Source: an uncultured Pyrinomonadaceae bacterium
Lineage (GTDB): Bacteria > Acidobacteriota > Blastocatellia > Pyrinomonadales > Pyrinomonadaceae
Direction: 5' to 3'
Length of the DNA: 46,119 bases
Assembly: GCA_964245305.1 (NCBI GenBank)
Contig: CAXTMQ010000001.1
Coordinates: forward strand, 33,418-79,536
Shown piece after piece: positions 41,896-46,119 of the stretch. The translations under genes and the position numbers were made by a program. Position 1 is the stretch's first letter, and each line of letters starts with the position of its first letter. The notes under the pieces are model-generated. The model saw only the letters and a list, made by a program, of their open reading frames with translations. It did no database searches and had not been told where the DNA came from.

Positions 41896-42624
41896 TTATT
41901 CTTCGCTCGGTTTCAGCGCGACAAAAACTTCGCGGTCGTATAAATCAACGATTATTTTCGGCGGCTCGAAGCCGACTTTTCCGAACAGGCGCAACCAATC
42001 GGCGCGGGCGAACAAACCTTCGATATGATAATCGTGTTCGACGCTGACAACTTCACCTGTCTTGAGCAGAAAGGCGAAATGAACCGCATAGGTCGTATCT
42101 TCAACATTTGGGTCGAAGGTCCACATCAACCAGCGCAAAGAACGATTTTCTTCTTCCGTGCCGTCGCGCCCGCCGTGTTCAGTCGAAGGCTTGAAAGTTT
42201 CGCGCACGTAATCCGGCGCAATCAAAATAATCCCGCCCGGCTTGCAATGAAGATAGGCGGTCTCAATCGCCCGGCGCAAATCGTCTTCGGTTGTCAGATA
42301 GCAAATCGCGTCGTGAATAAAAACCGCGTCGAACGCGCGGTTAAGCCGCACGTCGCGCATATCGCCTGTGAAATGCTCCAATTCGGGATTGATTTTGCGG
42401 CTTTCGGCAAGCATTTCGGGCGAGAGATCAACCAAAGTCATCTCGAATTCTTTTTTCAGATAAAACGCATTGCTGCCCGCGCCGCTGCCCAGTTCGAGAA
42501 TTGTGCGACAGGGCGGTTCGCAGTTCTCCTGCAGAATTTTAATGAATGACGCGGCTTCGTCGGCGTATTCACCGGCGGGCGAGAAGAGCTGCCACCAATT
42601 CGCTAATTCTCGATAAAGTTTCAT
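41896..42624 (-). CDS. class I SAM methyltransferase, TylM1/DesVI-like architecture (putative amine N-methyltransferase)
   Basis: ILELGSGAGSNAFYL, VDLSPEMLAESRKINPE, FTGDMRDVRLNRAFDAVF, and a C-terminal beta-domain. The resemblance to TylM1 is from memory. Confidence 0.75.
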   Translation of the reverse strand: MKLYRELANWWQLFSPAGEYADEAASFIKILQENCEPPCRTILELGSGAGSNAFYLKKEFEMTLVDLSPEMLAESRKINPELEHFTGDMRDVRLNRAFDAVFIHDAICYLTTEDDLRRAIETAYLHCKPGGIILIAPDYVRETFKPSTEHGGRDGTEEENRSLRWLMWTFDPNVEDTTYAVHFAFLLKTGEVVSVEHDYHIEGLFARADWLRLFGKVGFEPPKIIVDLYDREVFVALKPSEE

Positions 42625-42673
42625 TGTATTTCGATTAGAAAACCGATTAAGAATAAAATTCCTTTACCGAAAG

Positions 42674-42723
42674 CGGTCTGTTAAACGGACGCAAAATTGG
42701 CACTTGTCTGAAAGCCGATTCGT
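42674..42723 (+). repeat. copy 2 of the conserved 50-nt element (see 4212-4261)
   Basis: CGGTCTGTTAAACGGACGCAAAATTGGCACTTGTCTGAAAGCCGATTCGT. Confidence 0.5.
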
Positions 42724-42809
42724 TCTAAAATTTAATCAGCTATAAAAATTAAAAAACAATTCGCTTTAGACTCATCGCCCGTTTCAAGCCTAGAATAATT
42801 CACGGATTT

Positions 42810-42839
42810 GTAACTGTCAACTAAGCGATAGACGGTTAC
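42810..42839. promoter_or_regulatory. palindromic operator-like site GTAACTGTC-N12-GACGGTTAC (site B), overlapping a minus-strand TTGACA-17-TATTCT promoter
   Basis: Half-sites are 8/9 self-complementary. The minus-strand -35 TTGACA lies inside the left half-site. Located in the divergent spacer between the five-gene operon and the 42951 gene. Confidence 0.6.
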
Positions 42840-42950
42840 AGCCTATTAAAGTTAGTTATACGTCAAAAACGGAGGTGGTATTGCAGAGTTCGACGGCTTC
42901 GCTTTGACGTGCGCGTGTAATACTTACGAATCGTGGAGAGTAATTTATTT

Positions 42951-43391
42951 ATGAATGCCAAACAGGAAGATGCGAATTTAATTCTTCGGCTTTATGAACT
43001 GCGGCGCGACGAAACTATGCGGCGGGCGCGGTCTTGGTTCTTAACGGAATTCAACCCGCAAACGATGCAGGACATTTTTGCCGTGCTGACGGACGAGCAT
43101 AGCGCGGACTTCCGAATGGTTGCGTCCTACTGGGATATGGCGGCGGCATTCGTTAATCACGGCGCGATTGACGAGCAGATGTTCAACGACATCAACACCG
43201 AACACATCGGCATCTACGCTAAACTTGAGCCGTTTCTCGCCGAACTTCGCGCCATTCCGGGTTTGCCGCCGTATTTTTATTTGAAAAATCTTGAACCGTT
43301 AGTGTTGAGAACGCCCGATGTCGAGAATCGAATTGCGATGATGCGCCGGTATATGAAAAACAGCACCGAATCGCCGAACCAACAGAATTAA
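42951..43391 (+). CDS. conserved hypothetical protein, paralogue of 36455..36895
   Basis: MNAKQEDANLILRLYELRRDETMRRAR...FRMVASYWDMAAAFVNHGAIDEQMF. ATG at 42951 is preferred over the GTG at 42933. Confidence 0.7.
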   Translation: MNAKQEDANLILRLYELRRDETMRRARSWFLTEFNPQTMQDIFAVLTDEHSADFRMVASYWDMAAAFVNHGAIDEQMFNDINTEHIGIYAKLEPFLAELRAIPGLPPYFYLKNLEPLVLRTPDVENRIAMMRRYMKNSTESPNQQN

Positions 43392-43507
43392 AATGCGGCT
43401 TATTTTTACAAACGCGCTCTCGCGCCAATTCAACGGACGTGCGGACGCGGACGACTGCTTTCACCTCCGCCCATTTGAGCCAAAGCGTCCAAGACAAGCA
43501 GAGCGAA

Positions 43508-44368
43508 ATGAAAGATAAAATGAAAGATTCGCCGACTGCGTTCGGAACATTCGACGCTTTCAAAGATGCCGCGTCTTGGGATTCGGAAACCGCGCGGATG
43601 TGGGTTGCCGCGCTCAATTTGCGCTCGGCGGCGACCGACCAAATCGCTTTACGAAAGCGGCTCGTTCAGTTGGCGAATTTGAACTCCGGCGACACGGCAA
43701 TCGAAATCGGCTGCGGAACCGGCGCATTGCTGTGCGATTTAGCGCAGGCGGTCGGTAAAGACGGAAAAGCAATCGGCATCGAACCGCAGCCTGTTTTGGC
43801 GGAAGCAGCGCGGGCGCGTCTCGATGCCGAAAATCTTGCGGCAACCGTGAAAACAGAATCCGCCGAGCGGTTATCTTTGAAAAGCGAAACTGCCGACGCT
43901 TGCCTGGCGCAAACGGTTTTGATTCATTTGCCGCCGGACGTTCTGCAACAGACTTTAGCGGAAATGACGCGCGTCGTGCGCGGCGACGGCGGGCGCGTCA
44001 TATCTTGCGACCAAGACGGTGACACTTGGACGATTGACCACCCGATGCGCGAATTGACCAGACGAATCGTGCGTTTCAACAGCGACCAGCGTTACGCCGA
44101 CGGCTGGACGGGACGCAGGCTGAATCGTTTTTTTCGCGCGGCTGGGTTAATGAAAGTCAGAACGGAAACGCTCGTTCACGTTGACACGGAAAAATCTTCG
44201 TATCTCTTCGGAATGGCTGAAAGAATCGCAAACGCGGCGCGCGAGGCGGGAGAAATCACGGCGGAAGAATGCCGAAAATGGCTCGAACAATTAAACCAAG
44301 CGGCAAACGAAGGCAATTTTTTCTCAAGCATCAATTATTATATTTGCGTCGGAATTCGCAGTTCGTAA
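43508..44368 (+). CDS. class I SAM-dependent methyltransferase
   Basis: AIEIGCGTGALLCDLAQAVGKDGKAIGIEP. First ATG at 43508. Confidence 0.8.
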   Translation: MKDKMKDSPTAFGTFDAFKDAASWDSETARMWVAALNLRSAATDQIALRKRLVQLANLNSGDTAIEIGCGTGALLCDLAQAVGKDGKAIGIEPQPVLAEAARARLDAENLAATVKTESAERLSLKSETADACLAQTVLIHLPPDVLQQTLAEMTRVVRGDGGRVISCDQDGDTWTIDHPMRELTRRIVRFNSDQRYADGWTGRRLNRFFRAAGLMKVRTETLVHVDTEKSSYLFGMAERIANAAREAGEITAEECRKWLEQLNQAANEGNFFSSINYYICVGIRSS

Positions 44369-44472
44369 GAGCGGAGTTTTATGTTTTATAAATTAACGAA
44401 AATACACGCAGAAAATTCCGTATAATACAAAAGTTCGGCGGGTTATCGGCATCACGAAACTCGGAGGAAATT

Positions 44473-44958
44473 ATGAAAAATACGCAAACCTTGATAGCCG
44501 CTTTAGAGGGCGCGCCTGATATTATTATCAGCCTCGTGCGCGAAGTGCCGCCGCAGATTCTGAAGCGTCGCCCCAGCCCCGGCAAATGGTCAATCCACGA
44601 AAATGCTTGCCACATATCTACCGGCGATGCCGCTTTCCTCTCACGCTTGGAGTTGATGCTCTCCGAACCTGCACCTTACATAAGGTCTATGGTTCAAACG
44701 CCGGAGGAGGAAGCCGGCTCGCTGCTAGACATTGATTTAGACGAAGCATTTGAGGAATATGTGCGAGAACGAGCGCGCCTCGTCGAGCGTTTGAAACAGC
44801 TATCTGTAGAAGATTGGCAGCGGACGGCGGAACACGAAGCGTTCAGCCATTACTCGGTATTGATAATGTTCAGGCATCTTCTGCTGCACGAGATGCTTCA
44901 CGCCTTCAGAATAGAAGAGTTGATGCTGAAGAAAGACTGGGAGCAAATCTCCATCTGA
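44473..44958 (+). CDS. DinB-family protein (DinB_2-like)
   Basis: KWSIHENACHIS...FLSRLELML and FRHLLLHEMLHAFRI. GGAGG Shine-Dalgarno sequence upstream. Confidence 0.7.
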   Translation: MKNTQTLIAALEGAPDIIISLVREVPPQILKRRPSPGKWSIHENACHISTGDAAFLSRLELMLSEPAPYIRSMVQTPEEEAGSLLDIDLDEAFEEYVRERARLVERLKQLSVEDWQRTAEHEAFSHYSVLIMFRHLLLHEMLHAFRIEELMLKKDWEQISI

Positions 44959-45011
44959 ACAGGTCGCCGCCTAACTGACCGGCGAGTATTATCAAATAAG
45001 GGTGAAGACGT

Positions 45012-45380
45012 ATGAACTATAAATCAATTAACTTTCAGGAAAAGTTCGGACTTTTCAACGAACAGTGGCTGCCGAAAGTGGTTGCGGAAATGAACGATTA
45101 CCAATTCAAAGTCGTTAAATTGCAGGGCGATTTCGTCTGGCACGACCACCAGGAAACCGACGAAACTTTCATCGTCATCGAAGGCGAGCTGCGAATAGAT
45201 TTCCGCGACGGCGGGGCAGTGACGGTTGCGAGCGGAGAAATGTTTGTCGTCCCGAAAGGTGTCGAGCATAAACCTTATGCCGAGCGTGAAGTTAAATTGC
45301 TCTTGATTGAACCGCGCGGCGTGCCGAATACCGGAGGCGAAGGCGGCGAGCGAACCGCGCCGAATGATGTTTGGATTTGA
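45012..45380 (+). CDS. cupin domain protein
   Basis: [23 protein letters not shown]...[11 protein letters not shown]. Confidence 0.85.
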   Translation: MNYKSINFQEKFGLFNEQWLPKVVAEMNDYQFKVVKLQGDFVWHDHQETDETFIVIEGELRIDFRDGGAVTVASGEMFVVPKGVEHKPYAEREVKLLLIEPRGVPNTGGEGGERTAPNDVWI

Positions 45381-45516
45381 AGTGCGGCGGTTTCACTTTG
45401 GTTTGATGAGTAATTGAATTAACGTCAGATCGAATTAAGAAAAGCTGAACCGCCAAGATGCGGAGAATTGGAAAGCAAAAAAGGAAAATGAAAAACCTTT
45501 AAAAACTACGATAAAA

Positions 45517-45939
45517 ATGAAACAACGAATACATATTCTAACGCTCGGAGTGAACGACCTAAACGATTCTTTGAAATTTTACCGAGACGCTTTTAGCTGG
45601 CAAACACAGGTCATTGTGGGAACTGAATTTGAAAAAGGCGCGATAGTGCTTTTTGACCTTGACAACGGAATGAGAATCTCGCTTTACGAAAGAAAAAACT
45701 TAGCGTGGGACAGCGGGCTGAAGCAACAGCCGGAAAGCACGACTGAATTTTCAATCGGACATTTTGTAAATAGCGAGAAGGAAGTTGACCTGATACTGAA
45801 ACAAGCGGAAAAAGCGGGAGCGAAAATTATTAAACCCGCGCAAAAAAGTTTTTGGGGAGGTTACGGCGGTTACTTCCGAGACCCTGACGGACATCTTTGG
45901 GAAATCGGTTACAATCCGGCGTGGAAGGTTGATGAATAA
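45517..45939 (+). CDS. VOC family (glyoxalase/bleomycin-resistance fold) protein
   Basis: ILTLGVNDLNDSLKFYRDAF and GGYFRDPDGHLWEIGYNP. Confidence 0.85.
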   Translation: MKQRIHILTLGVNDLNDSLKFYRDAFSWQTQVIVGTEFEKGAIVLFDLDNGMRISLYERKNLAWDSGLKQQPESTTEFSIGHFVNSEKEVDLILKQAEKAGAKIIKPAQKSFWGGYGGYFRDPDGHLWEIGYNPAWKVDE

Positions 45940-45999
45940 TATTAGAAAACAGAACGCGAATAAAAGCGGAAGTATTCGCGCGGCGAATATAATTTGAGT

Positions 46000-46119
46000 A
46001 TGAAATCAATTTTACTTTATCTGGTCACGTTTTCAGCTTTAACCGTCGTTGGCATTCAAACCTCAAACGCTCAAAACAAAAACAACTCCTCGAATCGAAA
46101 AGTCGTCGCCAAGCAGAGC
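46000..46119 (+). CDS. secreted protein, 5' end only (runs off the right edge)
   Basis: ATG 46000. MKSILLYLVTFSALTVVGIQTSNAQ is signal-peptide-like and the frame is open to the window end. Confidence 0.4.
   Translation, partial: MKSILLYLVTFSALTVVGIQTSNAQNKNNSSNRKVVAKQS

Noticed and set aside
42698-42713. A sigma54 (-24/-12) promoter reading of TGGCACTTGTCTGAAA, and of the related copies at about 788-803 and 4226-4236.
   Set aside because: TGGCAC is present, but the GC dinucleotide expected 10 nt after the GG is absent in all three copies (AA, AA, GA). The spacing rule GG-N10-GC fails.
45954-45980. Hairpin CGCGAATA-N10-TATTCGCG after the VOC gene.
   Set aside because: The stem is 8 bp but there is no downstream T-tract, so it cannot be called an intrinsic terminator with confidence.
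1-46119. CRISPR arrays, rRNA/tRNA genes, IS elements, integrases, toxin-antitoxin pairs, restriction-modification systems or other recognisable defence systems.
   Set aside because: I found no regularly spaced direct repeats. No ORF has transposase, recombinase, nuclease or NTPase signatures. The only repeats found are those listed as features.

Overview
This is a 46.1-kb bacterial chromosomal segment, roughly 50% GC by eye, with about 65 tightly packed protein-coding genes. I found no rRNA, tRNA, CRISPR array, transposase or integrase. The gene content is a stress and detoxification accessory mix. It includes five DinB-fold genes (three in tandem), two NUDIX hydrolases, three cupins, two VOC/glyoxalase genes, two tautomerase-superfamily genes, CMD/AhpD-like and DoxX proteins, and four class-I SAM methyltransferases. 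Regulators are three AraC, one TetR, one MocR, one ArsR, and three alternative sigma factors: two ECF sigmas with fused NTF2/SnoaL-like C-terminal domains and one SigZ-like. Positions 1-23.2 kb form one co-directional minus-strand gene array with many 1-4 nt stop/start overlaps, interrupted only once. The taxon cannot be fixed without a database search; the content is reminiscent of soil Acidobacteria/Chloroflexi-type genomes, which is inference only. The most notable observations are these. (1) The 62-nt 3' end of a MocR-family regulator gene is present three times as direct repeats. The copies bracket first a lone cupin gene and then a complete 4.3-kb arsenic module: arsC, MIP channel, PAP2 phosphatase, SigZ-like sigma, arsI, arsR. 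This looks like a tandem-integration footprint, but no recombinase is visible. (2) An AT-rich 2.1-kb module carries a CGNR zinc-finger gene divergent from an output-less 7TM receptor gene. It sits inside a broken hotdog-thioesterase-like gene and is flanked by 64-nt imperfect direct repeats. (3) A 29-nt palindromic site in that module recurs 35 kb away, upstream of a five-gene operon (N-methyltransferase, PLP decarboxylase, DinB, nitrilase, FMN reductase). (4) Two TGTCACA-N15-CGTC promoters of the ECF41 type lie upstream of a SigJ-like sigma operon and a CMD-DoxX-CMD operon. (5) A second bipartite motif, CGTATCC-N16-CGTTTT, lies upstream of the other ECF sigma gene and its neighbouring tautomerase gene. 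(6) A GNAT gene is frameshifted. All family names rest on motif recognition by eye, not on searches. Coordinates of short motifs may be off by 1-2 nt.
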